A DNA stretch of 64,000 nucleotides from a virus (lineage: Duplodnaviria > Caudoviricetes), in the IMG/VR virus record IMGVR_UViG_3300031992_000038, positions 51,874 through 115,873 of that record, one strand, 5' to 3'. Under the pieces are notes generated by a model. That model saw nothing but the letters and a program-made list of their open reading frames with translations, ran no database searches and was not told the DNA's origin. Of the stretch, positions 31,009-42,220 are shown in pieces; position 1 is the stretch's first letter; every line of letters starts with the position of its first letter. The position numbers and the translations under genes were made by a program.

Positions 31009-31521
31009 ATGCTAAAAGAAACAAATGCGAAAATCAAGCATGGCGCCGTCATTGATATGTGCGCTACCGGTGCCCACGGCGCAAGCCTGAGAGACCGAAA
31101 GAACCTGTCTTCAGTGACCTTGAAGATGGATGGCGGGCGCACGATGTCGTTCAAGGCCATCCGCCACATGGACGGAGAGCATGACCGCCTTGGCGAGACT
31201 GAGATACTTTTTGAGGACTCGGGCCGAGAGGTGTTCTGCGGAACGCTGACCGAACTTGAGAGCCGTCTCTACAACGTCCGCTATCAATATGAGGGCGAGA
31301 TATACAACCGCGAGGAGTTTGAGGATGTGATCAGGGAACTGCTATGCAGCGGTGACCTGTTCTACAACGACACCCCATTGTTGGACGTTGGTGACGTGAT
31401 AGACGTGGCTGAGAGGGAGCGCAAGTGCTATTTGCAGCATTACGTTGGCGGTCTTGGCGAATGCGCCTACCCTGCAAACCTTTTTGTCAAGGTGGTGACG
31501 CTTGACCGCAAGACACGATAA
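31009..31521 (+). CDS. Array gene, hypothetical
   Basis: Canonical TACCTTTG promoter at ~30978. Confidence 0.7.
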   Translation: MLKETNAKIKHGAVIDMCATGAHGASLRDRKNLSSVTLKMDGGRTMSFKAIRHMDGEHDRLGETEILFEDSGREVFCGTLTELESRLYNVRYQYEGEIYNREEFEDVIRELLCSGDLFYNDTPLLDVGDVIDVAERERKCYLQHYVGGLGECAYPANLFVKVVTLDRKTR

Positions 31522-31808
31522 CGATAAGAGGATTTTTGTGTGTTTTTCATGGCGCCGCGCCCGTCCGCGATGGATAGGTGCGGTTTTCTTTTGCCCTTGC
31601 GCAAGGGTAAGCCTCCCCCTTGCTGCGCAATGGAAGGTAAGCATTTCAGATGACATGTGCAAGGCTTTTAACACTTTTAACCTTTGTGCTTTAACAATGT
31701 TAAAGATGTTAATTTGCTTGCACAACCCAAAAAGTTTACTTACCTTTCGTTTGTCAAGTTAAGGGAATGACACCCCACTAAGTTCAACAATCTAAATCAA
31801 GGAAATAT

Positions 31809-32111
31809 ATGTTTGTTCCTAAGAAGGCAGCCCCTGAGGTTGAGAAATACAAGAAAACAATGTTGCGCGGATGCGCGTTCAGAGTTGACTCGGGTCACGA
31901 TTTCATGGATGTGATTGAGCGGCGAGACATCAACAAATGTGACGCAAAGTATGGTGTAGGTCGAGGCGATTTCAGACGTGTGGAGAAGTACACAGACCAA
32001 TTCACGCAAGCTGTAGAAGAACTGAAACAAGAAGGGTACATCGTCAAGAAAGTTCCTTGCGATTGCAGTCCTGCGTGCCAATACCACGCAAATCTGTATT
32101 ACCTTGCGTAA
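31809..32111 (+). CDS. Array cassette gene, hypothetical
   Basis: Single ORF between modules. Confidence 0.7.
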   Translation: MFVPKKAAPEVEKYKKTMLRGCAFRVDSGHDFMDVIERRDINKCDAKYGVGRGDFRRVEKYTDQFTQAVEELKQEGYIVKKVPCDCSPACQYHANLYYLA

Positions 32112-32456
32112 AACGGCACATAACGGCATCAGACGTTAGGATGGTATAACTAATCGCCTTGGCGGGAAAACGCTCTCACAAGCAAAATGTGGGGCATTTT
32201 CCCGCTATCTGCGTCCAAATATGCACACGGATTTATTTTGCGCCCTTGCGCGATGGGTAAGCCTCTCCGTCTTGCGACACTTGAAGGTAAGGAATTTTCC
32301 TGACATGTGCAAGGCTTTTAACGTTTTTAACATTTCAACCATCGATATGTTAATTGTGTTAAAGTGCTTGCACAATCCAAACATTATGCTTACCTTTCAA
32401 TCGTCAAGTTAAGGGGATGACAACCCCATCAAGTTCAACCATCTAAAAGCAAGAAT

Positions 32457-33143
32457 ATGTCAGCACCAATTAAGACAAAGGGTACCTGCGAGCCGCAGGT
32501 AAGTGAGAAAATCTATAACGCAGTTGTAAGCGCGATTGCGCGCCGCGACGAGGGTGTGTCATCCGTCAAGGTGGACGTGAACCTTGTCGGCCACGGCCTC
32601 CGTCCGTTTGGCGACTACGGACAAGGGGCATACATCGACTTTTCGGTGTCGGTTGAAGGGAAAAAGTTTGACGGACTTGGACGCGTGGAGTTGGCGGAGA
32701 CCGCACGCAAACTGAATGGCATCAAGTCGGCATCGGTTGACGTGGAGAGCAAGGGTCTCTACTTCAGTTACGGGAACTTTGCCCCCGACATGGAGTTCCC
32801 GAGCGTGTTCCGAACATTCGGCAAGCCATGCAAGCAGTTCAAGGAACTGCAAAAACTTGCCGCCCGCAAGGGTCTCACAATTGACGTGAAAGACCTCTAC
32901 AAAGTGCGCTTGTTCGGCAAGCGCGGTGTGTATGACGAGAGCGGGGAGCGCGACTACACCGCCTACAATCCGAGACGTTGCGAGAGCATCATCAGCGGCA
33001 TCAAGGCATGGGGGCGCAAGCGAGTAACGCTCAAGGTGGAGACAGTGGACGATGTCGATGACCTTGAATACTCAATCCGCTACGAGACGGAGTGCTACGG
33101 CTCGCGGTTGAAGACCATCCACGTTGAGCGCAAGACCGCATAG
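32457..33143 (+). CDS. Array cassette gene, hypothetical
   Basis: 228-aa ORF after leader. Confidence 0.75.
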   Translation: MSAPIKTKGTCEPQVSEKIYNAVVSAIARRDEGVSSVKVDVNLVGHGLRPFGDYGQGAYIDFSVSVEGKKFDGLGRVELAETARKLNGIKSASVDVESKGLYFSYGNFAPDMEFPSVFRTFGKPCKQFKELQKLAARKGLTIDVKDLYKVRLFGKRGVYDESGERDYTAYNPRRCESIISGIKAWGRKRVTLKVETVDDVDDLEYSIRYETECYGSRLKTIHVERKTA

Positions 33144-33268
33144 GGTAGTACTCAAATGGGTACAACTGGCGGGTGCAATATCCCGCCCACACTTAAACAT
33201 TTTTTAACACTAAAAATTTGGTTAATTCAATTATTTTACTTACCTTTGTATTGTAAATCATTAAGGAT

Positions 33269-33547
33269 ATGTTAAACTACAACAAAATCATCGACAACGA
33301 GAACTTCATCACAGCTATCAGCAACATCTACGGCCGTTGGTTGGACGAGCAGATGTATGAGAGCGGTGACGACTACAGAGACGTCCTTGTCTCCTTGCTG
33401 AAAAAGTACAATGGCGAGGACATTGACATTACAAATGTCAAGTTCCGCAAAAGGCCATTCGGCATCAAGTTCACCACCCCATGCGACAACAAAGTGTGGC
33501 AACTGAAAGTCACAATGCACACCATAGGCATTCAAAGAATAGGGTAA
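33269..33547 (+). CDS. Array gene, hypothetical
   Basis: RWLDE..YE...DY and KRPFG motifs; TACCTTTG promoter at 33241. Confidence 0.7.
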   Translation: MLNYNKIIDNENFITAISNIYGRWLDEQMYESGDDYRDVLVSLLKKYNGEDIDITNVKFRKRPFGIKFTTPCDNKVWQLKVTMHTIGIQRIG

Positions 33548-33827
33548 GCACGATTTGACTATGGGATTGATGACCGCGCCCGTCCGTGATGGATAGGTGC
33601 GGTTCTTCTTTCACCGCTGACACAAAGGTAAGCCTCCCCTTGCTGCGCAATGGAAGGTAAGCATTTTTCTGCGCATGTGCAAGTCTTTTAACGTTTTTAA
33701 CATTCAATATTTCAATATGTTAAAAGTGTTAATTTGCTTGGCCAATCCAAATATTATGCTTACCTTACGGATGTCAAGTTAAGGGGGCGACACCCCCGCA
33801 AGTTCAACCATCTAATTGTAACGAACA

Positions 33828-34133
33828 ATGAAAGAGAAATTCAATGACTTATCGCTAAAGGTGACTATGGCGAGCCTCGCCCTAAAAGCCAAAGTGTACG
33901 AAGAACTTGAACGCCGCGGGGTGGCGGTGCCCGTCCGTGACGATGACGGAAATCCGTTGCGGTGGACCTATTACCATGAAGGGGATGCGGACATAATAAC
34001 AATCACTGACGTTTGCGCCAATGGCGGTCAGATTATGGTCGGCTTTGAGACTTCGGACGGGACACCGACAGAACTCCCGATTTGGGATTTCATTGACGGG
34101 ATTGATATAATTGACTATATCCAATGGGATTAA
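33828..34133 (+). CDS. Array cassette gene, hypothetical
   Basis: ORF after leader. Confidence 0.7.
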   Translation: MKEKFNDLSLKVTMASLALKAKVYEELERRGVAVPVRDDDGNPLRWTYYHEGDADIITITDVCANGGQIMVGFETSDGTPTELPIWDFIDGIDIIDYIQWD

Positions 34134-34146
34134 AAACGTAAAAGGT

Positions 34147-34725
34147 ATGTACACGATTAAACACAACAACAAGATTAAATACAACGATAAGGAAGGCTCG
34201 GTCGGAGAAAACGGCTTGTTTGCCACAATGGAAGAGGCATGCGCCGAGTTGGAGAAAATGGAGGACCGCCTTATCGCAGAGTTCGGCGAAACCCCATACG
34301 ACTGCTCAGAGGACAGGGACGATGATGAGCGCCTGACTTGGTTCATCCTGCTCAACAACAAGACGCACTCCTCATGCGAGGCGTGGGTGGACGTTGACGA
34401 GCAGACCAAACACGCGGAGAACGTCAACTATCTGAACCATTGCATCGGTATCATGTACAACGGGGAAACCGATAGCGGCACGGAACTTGAGGCATACACG
34501 CCTGCAGGCGAGGACATGATTATCAACCTTGATAAACTGACACGGGCTGAGTTCCTTTCGTGGGTAGACGATTTTGACATCAACGAACGCGTCGTGATGT
34601 GGTGGCCTAACGGACACAAAGCAGAGGGGCAAGGGGTGCCGTTCAACAACATCATGGAGCATTACTTGGACTACCAAAAGTTCCTCAACACAATGCGCCA
34701 AATCGCAGAGGGAATGCCGTATTAG
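34147..34725 (+). CDS. Array gene, acidic hypothetical protein
   Basis: ELEAYTPAGEDMII motif; second gene of cassette. Confidence 0.7.
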   Translation: MYTIKHNNKIKYNDKEGSVGENGLFATMEEACAELEKMEDRLIAEFGETPYDCSEDRDDDERLTWFILLNNKTHSSCEAWVDVDEQTKHAENVNYLNHCIGIMYNGETDSGTELEAYTPAGEDMIINLDKLTRAEFLSWVDDFDINERVVMWWPNGHKAEGQGVPFNNIMEHYLDYQKFLNTMRQIAEGMPY

Positions 34726-34975
34726 GAAAAGCAATTCTATCGTAGTTCCGTGTGCGCTCGCCCACAACAGGGTGGGCGCATACATTTTATCCGCACCGCC
34801 GGCGCGAGGGTAAGCCTCCCCGTCTTGCGACACTTGAAGGTAAGCATTTTCCTCTACGCGTGCAAGGCTTTTAACACTTTTAACACTTCTGTAGCGTATA
34901 TGTTAAAAACGTTAATTTGCTTGTGTAATTCAGATATTATGCTTACCTTTCGTATGTAATCATTAAGGATATGGC

Positions 34976-35146
34976 ATGAAAAAGAAAAAAGACAACACTA
35001 ACATCATCACCGCAATTTTTTGGTGGTTCGGTGTATTGGTCGGAATACCGGCCGCAGCGTTAAGCGCGTTCAAGTTGGACGCCGGTGGATTTCTCATCTT
35101 TGCACTGCTTTCAGTGCCGTGTATATATACTTCGTTTAACCATTAA
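34976..35146 (+). CDS. Small two-TM membrane protein (56 aa, not in the ORF track)
   Basis: MKKKKDNTNIITAIFWWFGVLVGIPAAALSAFKLDAGGFLIFALLSVPCIYTSFNH directly after leader. Confidence 0.6.
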   Translation: MKKKKDNTNIITAIFWWFGVLVGIPAAALSAFKLDAGGFLIFALLSVPCIYTSFNH

Positions 35147-35153
35147 AAAGCAA

Positions 35154-35564
35154 ATGATTATGGGACAGTTTTCGTGGTTCACGCAAGACACACACCACCG
35201 CATCCAAAACGGGCACAAGTTCCGTGTGGTCATGGCGGACAACAATGGCAACAAGTACGTAGAGGATTGTTATGAAGGCTATGGAGTCTTCGGCGGCAAG
35301 GACTATTATGCACTGCTCGCCGAGATGAACGGCCACACGCTCGCAGAGTTCAACGGAGACGAGGAAGCGTTGCGTCTCAAGGGCATTGAACTTGCGTTTG
35401 ACGGGCACCCAGAGGGGAACAACCCCAACGTGCTGCATCCTTCGCTCACCGAGAGCGGGGACTACATGGACGGAACGCCGCCCGAGATTGACCCAAATCA
35501 GGGGTTCGATGACTTTTGGCTGAGACCCTATGAGGGCAACGAGGAGGACGAGGAATACTTGTAA
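35154..35564 (+). CDS. Array gene, hypothetical
   Basis: MGQFSW...YEGYGVFGGKDYY...DPNQG motif set. Confidence 0.75.
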   Translation: MIMGQFSWFTQDTHHRIQNGHKFRVVMADNNGNKYVEDCYEGYGVFGGKDYYALLAEMNGHTLAEFNGDEEALRLKGIELAFDGHPEGNNPNVLHPSLTESGDYMDGTPPEIDPNQGFDDFWLRPYEGNEEDEEYL

Positions 35565-35790
35565 TAACTTGACAATGCGGGCGGATGCCACACACGGCAC
35601 CGCCCATTTCTTTTGCCCAAACGCAAGGGTAAGCCTTCCCGTCTTGCGACACTTGAAGGTAAGGAAAAATCCCCACATGCGCAAGTGTTTTAACGTTTTT
35701 AACATTTCATCAAACAATGTGTTAATTGTGTTAAAGTGCTTGTATAATTCAGATATTATGCTTACCTTTCGGATGTAATCATTAAAGATA

Positions 35791-36045
35791 ATGTATATGG
35801 ACTACCAACAAATAAACGAGATGCTCATGGACGCGTGCCGAGAGCAAATAAAAAAGTTCGATGGCGAGTTAAACCTAACGTCCAACAACTACGGGTTCTG
35901 CACCGCGTGGTTGGAAGACGATGAAGTGTGGTGGGACAAGGACTTAGACCACATGGATAGCGAGATGAGCGAGACTACAGAACTCTCCGCTCTGTTGGAC
36001 ACAATCTTAAAGACCGAAAAGGAACTTGAGGATGAAAAGCAATAG
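35791..36045 (+). CDS. Array cassette gene, acidic hypothetical protein
   Basis: ORF after leader. Confidence 0.65.
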   Translation: MYMDYQQINEMLMDACREQIKKFDGELNLTSNNYGFCTAWLEDDEVWWDKDLDHMDSEMSETTELSALLDTILKTEKELEDEKQ

Positions 36046-36223
36046 GACATACGAAACAGGCTATTCAATGGGATACGATTGGGTGGCCTATGAGGGCGGC
36101 AACCCATCACGCGTTGTGTCCGAACTGCGGGCGAGGGGCGCATCCCCAAGACAACAATGGGGTGTGGCATTTATGCAAGGCGCAAGGGATGCCGCGCAGG
36201 GACTGCCAAGGAAATACAACTAA
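36032..36223 (+). CDS. Array gene, hypothetical
   Basis: Overlaps previous stop. Confidence 0.55.
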   Translation: MKSNRTYETGYSMGYDWVAYEGGNPSRVVSELRARGASPRQQWGVAFMQGARDAAQGLPRKYN

Positions 36224-36511
36224 ACCACGCGACATAGGGATAAATCATGCGTAATTTATAGTTTTGGCCGCCGCACTTGTCCGAGAGGGATAGGTGCGGT
36301 TCTTCTTTCACCGCCGGCACGAGGGTAAGCCTCCCCGTCTTGCGACACTTGAAGGTAAGCATTTTCTGTGACATGCGCAAGTCTTTTAACGTTTTTAACA
36401 CTTCTGTAGTGTATATGTTAAAGATGTTAATTTGCTTGCACAAACCGGAACTTTTACTTACCTTTCGTTCAGAAATCAAGGGATAATCCCAAGATATGAA
36501 AAGCGTCTGTC

Positions 36512-36715
36512 ATGATTATAATAACATTTAGGATAGAAGAAGCGGGAACCTTCGATAAGGTCGCGGTTCATTGCGCTGACAACATCGAGGCGCGATGCGT
36601 CATTGGGTATGTCATTGGGTTACGCAAGGTGTCTAACGTCCGAATGAACCGATGCGGACGATGCGCAAAGGGGACCAAGCATTACACGAAGGACGAGTTC
36701 TTCAGTCGTTACTAA
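36512..36715 (+). CDS. Array cassette gene, hypothetical
   Basis: ORF between promoters. Confidence 0.55.
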   Translation: MIIITFRIEEAGTFDKVAVHCADNIEARCVIGYVIGLRKVSNVRMNRCGRCAKGTKHYTKDEFFSRY

Positions 36716-36794
36716 GTGTTAAAAGTGTTAATTTGCTTGCACAATCCAAATATTATGCTTACCTTTCGTATGTAATCATTAAAGGAAAAATATT

Positions 36795-36992
36795 ATGAGA
36801 GTAACAAACATCCTATGGGACACTGACGGGGAGAGCGTTGACCTCCCAACCGAGGTCGATATTATTGACAACATCGACGAGGACGAGGTGGCCGACTACC
36901 TGTCGGACGAGTACGGATATTTGGTGGAAAGTTTTTTTCTGCCGGAGAAAGAGACTGAGTTTTACGACAATCTGGACAACTGGATTGGATGA
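36795..36992 (+). CDS. Array gene, very acidic small protein
   Basis: NILWDTDGE..DLPTEV...VADYLSDEYGYLVESF. Confidence 0.7.
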   Translation: MRVTNILWDTDGESVDLPTEVDIIDNIDEDEVADYLSDEYGYLVESFFLPEKETEFYDNLDNWIG

Positions 36993-37025
36993 GAGATAAT
37001 TGTTAAACCACAAAAAATCCCAACA

Positions 37026-37433
37026 ATGGAAATGGAAAAAGAACTCAAAATCAACGGCTATCCCGCCTATCAGGCAACCGCCGAGAACATTATGGCCGCA
37101 TACGAGGCCGCCGAGAGTGAGACCGAGAAGGCTGAAATCGCCAAGTACTACATGGAGAGCCGACTCAAGTATGAGGTGTGCCGCAAAGACGAGACCAAGG
37201 ACGAGAACTTCGGCCGCAAGTTCGAAGACTTTGTAAACGGCCCTATGTGCGACCCACGCAAGGTGGCCGACCGAATGGCCCGTGCGCACCGCTACCTCGT
37301 TCAGAAGATGTTCGAGGTCTGCTACGAGTTCATCCGCATCCTCGCAGAGCATTTCGACAAAGGATGGTACGACCCGCGAGACGAATGGGCATGCAAGACC
37401 TCCAAGAAGATTTGGGAGACCATCAACGGCTGA
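37026..37433 (+). CDS. Array gene, hypothetical
   Basis: HRYLVQ...YDPRDEWAC motif. Confidence 0.7.
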   Translation: MEMEKELKINGYPAYQATAENIMAAYEAAESETEKAEIAKYYMESRLKYEVCRKDETKDENFGRKFEDFVNGPMCDPRKVADRMARAHRYLVQKMFEVCYEFIRILAEHFDKGWYDPRDEWACKTSKKIWETING

Positions 37434-37763
37434 CAATATCCTTTTTAACTTGACTGACGTGACAGAGCGGAACCGGCAATGGCCGGTCCGCCCTGTCGGG
37501 ACAGGAGCGGAACCGAAACGAGCGGTCTGCCCTGTCCCACTTTTTTGTGCCCTTGCGCGATGGGTAAGCCTCTCCGTCTTGCGACACTTGAAGGTAAGGA
37601 ATTTTCCTGACATGTGCAAGGCTTTTAACGTTTTTAACATCTCTATGTTGAATATGTTAAAAGTGTTAATTTGCTTGGCCAATCCAAATAAATTACCTAC
37701 CTTCCCATTGTCAAGTTAAGGGAGTGACACCCCGCAAAGTTCAACCCTCTATATAGTCAAGTT

Positions 37764-37949
37764 ATGGAGAACGAAAAGAAAAAAGAATTTATCATAAATT
37801 TCCGTTGCTCGGCGGTCATCGAGGCCGAGAGCGGTCGTGAGGCGATGGAGATTTTTCAGAACATGGACCTCCGCCTGCCGGAGAACGTGGAGTTCACCGA
37901 ATATATCAATGTCTTGGACACGAACACCTTTGAGGAGGTTGAGGTATGA
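37764..37949 (+). CDS. Array cassette gene, DpnD/PcfM-like small protein
   Basis: KEFIINF...VIEAES..EA. Confidence 0.6.
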   Translation: MENEKKKEFIINFRCSAVIEAESGREAMEIFQNMDLRLPENVEFTEYINVLDTNTFEEVEV

Positions 37950-38305
37950 ACTACGACTACACATTTGAACAGGAGTACAAGGACGACAAGCGCAAAGAGA
38001 GTTTTCTGTTCTTCTCGTTGGGTATCGTTCAGGTGCCCTACTACAATAACTCCTACGGCTACCGCACCTACCGGTTCCCACGAACATACAGGGGAGACCG
38101 AATGGTGATTGAGTTCACCGAATACCTCAGGGAGAAGGGTCGCGGGTATGAACTGAACTACATATTCTGTCCCGAGTGGGAGCAGCAGGTCGCAGACACA
38201 GGCCCTCTTCCACCCAAACCGGAAAAGCGCAGTCTGTTCTCACGGATAGCGGGCCTTTTCAAGCGAGAGAAGGAGGTCCCATTGCAGACCACACGGAAGA
38301 TTTGA
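37946..38305 (+). CDS. Array gene, hypothetical
   Basis: ATGA-coupled. Confidence 0.65.
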   Translation: MNYDYTFEQEYKDDKRKESFLFFSLGIVQVPYYNNSYGYRTYRFPRTYRGDRMVIEFTEYLREKGRGYELNYIFCPEWEQQVADTGPLPPKPEKRSLFSRIAGLFKREKEVPLQTTRKI

Positions 38306-38560
38306 GCATACGGGCGGTTGACACATGTCACCGCCCATTTCATTCACCCTTTCGCAAGGGTAAGCCTCCCCGTGCGGTGGCACTTGAAGGTAAGGAATTT
38401 TCCTGACATGTGCAAGGCTTTTAACGTTTTTAACATTTGCACTTTAATAATGTTAAAAGTGTTAATTTGCTTGCATAGTTCAAATTTTATGCTTACCTTT
38501 CGTTTGTCAAGTTAAGGGAATTGACACTCCCACAAAGTTCAACCATCTAAAATCAAGGAT

Positions 38561-39184
38561 ATGGAAACGAAGAAAATATTCAAGTTGGTGTCTGTGACCA
38601 TTAAGGACGGCGCAACAAAGTCGAACTCTCAGGTCTTTGCAAGTCGGCAAGAAGCCGAGGAGCGAATTGACGTGGAGAAAGCCATAGTGAACCGCCGAGG
38701 AGACTACATTGTAACGGAAGACATGGCCATGTCACCCGACCGCGAGACCATCCACATTTGGAAAATCGTTGAAGAGGAGATTGAAATGGGGTATTACCCC
38801 GTGTCGTATGTGACCCGCGGTGTCGTGTTGGTCAAGGCAATTGACGAGTATGATGCCTACGACAAAGTGGGTCAATACCGCATCGCGCCGAACCTGCCCG
38901 ACAACTTTGACGGCACCGTTATCGAACTAACTGTAGAATATGACAGTAGTGACAAAAATGCGGCTGATGACGTCATAAAGGATTGGGGCACGTGCTGCGA
39001 CCTTGACGAGTGCAATAGTGCCTATGAACTCGGCGGCATCAAAACCACCATCCACGACTATGAGGATGACGACAGGAACCATAGTAAGTATTACACAGAC
39101 TTCGATGAGTGGTGGACATCACTCACGCCAGAGAAGCGGCGCAACATCTTCGCCACCATCAACAAATGGAACTATATTGTATAG
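38561..39184 (+). CDS. Array cassette gene, multi-domain hypothetical protein
   Basis: 207-aa ORF between modules. Confidence 0.75.
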   Translation: METKKIFKLVSVTIKDGATKSNSQVFASRQEAEERIDVEKAIVNRRGDYIVTEDMAMSPDRETIHIWKIVEEEIEMGYYPVSYVTRGVVLVKAIDEYDAYDKVGQYRIAPNLPDNFDGTVIELTVEYDSSDKNAADDVIKDWGTCCDLDECNSAYELGGIKTTIHDYEDDDRNHSKYYTDFDEWWTSLTPEKRRNIFATINKWNYIV

Positions 39185-39471
39185 TTCCATCAACAAATGG
39201 AAATAGCGACAACCGCATACAGGGCGAGTGCCACACACGGCACCGCCCGTTTCATTTGCCCACACACAAAGGTAAGCCTCCCCTTGCTGCGCAATGGAAG
39301 GTAAGCAAAATTCTCCACATGTGCAAGCCTTTTAACACTTTTAACACTTCATACATCAATATGTTAAAAAGGTTAATTTGCTTGCACAACCCAGATAAAA
39401 GGCTTACCTTTCAATCGTCAAGTTAAGGGGAGTGACACCCCCGCAAGTCCAACCATCTAAACGATGCAAGT

Positions 39472-40212
39472 ATGATACATTTCGCAAGCAAAACAGAATT
39501 CATCGAAATGACCCGTGCCGCCGAGGCCGAGGCGAGAACCTCCACATTTGCCGCCAAGAAGGGGTATGTGGATGACCTGAACGTCTTGTCTCAGGTTTTC
39601 GGTGAGACCACGAATCCGATACTCCCATACTTTAGCAGTGAAATTGAGAAATTCATGGGGAAGGCCAAGGACGTTGAGTTCGTGAACTACTATGAGTTCA
39701 CGATATATGCGGACATATTCAGAAATGACGGGCATGCACGTCCCGGCACACTCAGTGCAAAAACCGCCATCAAGTGGAATGGTGCGTTGTACGACATATT
39801 CCCCGCCGACAATAACGGAAAGACGTTTGAGTTCGCCATCGCAGGCGATGAGCGAAAGTACCGCCGCTTGCCGGACGGGTACTACACCAACCTCGTCAAG
39901 CCCAACAATGTGGGTTCTATGACCGCCAAGAAGATGACCGCATGGGCGAGTTATCTGACTGACAAAGCAGGTGTCTATGACAAGACGATGAACGAGAGAG
40001 ACCTTAAGGTGAAGCGGTTCGTGTGCCGCTTGCGCGAGCAGTTCGGCGACCTTCCATCAATCGGAGAGCGCAGCGGAAAGGTGGTGATGAATAACCTGAA
40101 ATTGGAGTACCGCGCCGACACTGACGGGATTTTGTCCGCCACATTGGGCATCGTCAAAAATCCGTACATTGCGGAAGAATGCCTTGACACGTTCATTTCA
40201 ATGGTCAAGTAG
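39472..40212 (+). CDS. Array cassette gene, paralog of 26095-26835
   Basis: Shared motifs and the same 246-aa length. Confidence 0.75.
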   Translation: MIHFASKTEFIEMTRAAEAEARTSTFAAKKGYVDDLNVLSQVFGETTNPILPYFSSEIEKFMGKAKDVEFVNYYEFTIYADIFRNDGHARPGTLSAKTAIKWNGALYDIFPADNNGKTFEFAIAGDERKYRRLPDGYYTNLVKPNNVGSMTAKKMTAWASYLTDKAGVYDKTMNERDLKVKRFVCRLREQFGDLPSIGERSGKVVMNNLKLEYRADTDGILSATLGIVKNPYIAEECLDTFISMVK

Positions 40213-40491
40213 AGACACACGCGGCGAGCAAAGCAGAGAACGGGCGGATTCCACACACACGGCACCGCCCATTTCTTTTGCCCAAACGCAAGGGTAAGCC
40301 TTCCCGTCTTGCGACACTGAAAGGTAAGCAAATTTCCCAACATACGCAAGGCTTTTAACACTTTTAACATTCAATATTTTAAAATGTTAAAAATGTTAAT
40401 TTGCTTGGCCAATCCAAATAAATTACCTACCTTCCCATCGTCAAGTTAAGGGAATGACACCCCACAAGTTAAACCATCTAAATCTACGGAT

Positions 40492-40950
40492 ATGATTAAT
40501 ATGGATTATTGCAAATTTGAAAACACCTACAATGCCATTGATGAGTGTCTGACGGCACTCCAAGAGCAGAAAGAGGTGCGCGAGGGCGAACTCGAATATG
40601 CCCACAAGATTGCCGACCAACTCGACACATTCAAGGGCGAGTTGGAGCGTTACGAATCAGTTATGCGCAAGGGAGGGTACCGTTACATATCGGCCGACCC
40701 GCATGGGTTTGTTGAGTTGTCAATGAACCGAGAAATGGCCACTACGGCCTATCATTTCGGTCAGTGTGACGAAGACGCAATGGCGGTGGCTCAGGAACCC
40801 TACATGCAAGGTCAGTTTGCCCAAGTGAACGATGAACGCCTCAAGAACTCGCTTGAATCGTGCGGAATATCAACCGAGGGAACGAGGGAAGAGTTAGAGA
40901 CACGATGCGTGTTCATGGCCGCAGGAATGTGGTGCGATGAATATCTATAA
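40492..40950 (+). CDS. Array cassette gene, hypothetical
   Basis: N-terminal NMDYCKFENT...ECL motif. Confidence 0.75.
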   Translation: MINMDYCKFENTYNAIDECLTALQEQKEVREGELEYAHKIADQLDTFKGELERYESVMRKGGYRYISADPHGFVELSMNREMATTAYHFGQCDEDAMAVAQEPYMQGQFAQVNDERLKNSLESCGISTEGTREELETRCVFMAAGMWCDEYL

Positions 40951-40962
40951 ATGTGATGCGCT

Positions 40963-41142
40963 ATGTTCTACATTTGGCAAGATGAGATCGAAGACCTTCA
41001 GTCGTATATCAGCATGGCACAGAACATGATAGAGCGTGAACGCTCTCTGGGGCATGACGTGTCAAACCTGATTGAGGACATCAAGCAGTGGAAACGTGAA
41101 ATCGTAGTGATACAAGAACACAACAAGCCCATGTTCTTTTAA
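40963..41142 (+). CDS. Array gene, 59-aa hypothetical protein (not in the ORF track)
   Basis: MFYIWQDEIEDLQSY...KPMFF fills the gap before the terminator. Confidence 0.5.
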   Translation: MFYIWQDEIEDLQSYISMAQNMIERERSLGHDVSNLIEDIKQWKREIVVIQEHNKPMFF

Positions 41143-41411
41143 AAAGGCATTGGGCAACATAGGACGGGCGGGGATTAAGTTTCCCGCCCGTTTCATTTTC
41201 TTGTCCGCAAGGGTAAGCCTCCCCGTCTTGCGACACTGAAAGGTAAGAAAAAATCCACACATGCGCAAGGCTTTTAACACTTTTAACATTTCACATTTCG
41301 ATATGTTAAAAATGTTAATTTGCTTGGCCAATCCAAATAAAATGCTTACCTTTCAATCGTCAAGTTAAGGGAATGACACCCCATAAAGTTCAATCCATAA
41401 AATGAAATAAT

Positions 41412-41570
41412 ATGGCAGCAATGAAATGGTGGAAGGTAGAGGTAAAGCGGTATGGCAAGCCCGTACAGGTGTACGAACTCCACACGCGCAGCACGAAGGG
41501 CGCGATTGTCCGCGAGGAATGCCTTAAGGCTCCGGACGTGGAGTATTACTATTTGACCAAGTTGGATTAA
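41412..41570 (+). CDS. Array cassette gene, 52 aa (not in the ORF track)
   Basis: MAAMKWWKVEVKRYGKP...YLTKLD directly after leader. Confidence 0.55.
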   Translation: MAAMKWWKVEVKRYGKPVQVYELHTRSTKGAIVREECLKAPDVEYYYLTKLD

Positions 41571-41684
41571 CAGATTTTTAACACTAAAAATTTGGCCAAT
41601 CCAAAAAAATTACTTACCTTTCAATCGTCAAGTTAAGGGAATTGACACTCCCGCAAAGTTCAACCATCTAAATGTAAAACGACA

Positions 41685-42143
41685 ATGAACGTGTTTAAAA
41701 TTCAGTACGAACAAATTATCGGTGGCGACCTCATGGTACAGAAGGAGGAATTCTATGAGTGTGTCGAGGACGCGGCCGACCGAATGAAGGAACTTTCGGA
41801 ATGCAAGTGGTTCAAGGACATCAAGTCCATTCCACAATCTGATTGCGAGATTTCCGCCAACAACAAAGGTCAGATTACTCTGATTGAGGTCTCAAACGGA
41901 TGGTCCACGAACCGCTTCACCGCATACATGAGCGCGGAGCAGGTCACGCCAAAGAAGAAGCGTCAGTGCGTTGCACTCCACTTCACGGTCTTCATGGACG
42001 TTCCAAACGTAGTCGGCGAGACCGATGATGAGGCTGAGCGGAACGCGATGGAAATGGTGAAAGATGACATCGATGCCATCCACGAGATTGCGAAAAAGCA
42101 CGGCGGCGGATGCCTCCTCAAAGTCACTGAATTCCACGACTGA
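41685..42143 (+). CDS. Array cassette gene, hypothetical
   Basis: ORF after leader. Confidence 0.7.
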   Translation: MNVFKIQYEQIIGGDLMVQKEEFYECVEDAADRMKELSECKWFKDIKSIPQSDCEISANNKGQITLIEVSNGWSTNRFTAYMSAEQVTPKKKRQCVALHFTVFMDVPNVVGETDDEAERNAMEMVKDDIDAIHEIAKKHGGGCLLKVTEFHD

Positions 42144-42220
42144 GCAGTACTCAAATGAGTACAAATAAACAATAACAAACCACACGGGCGGGGCAACCCG
42201 CCCGATAAAAAGACTACGAT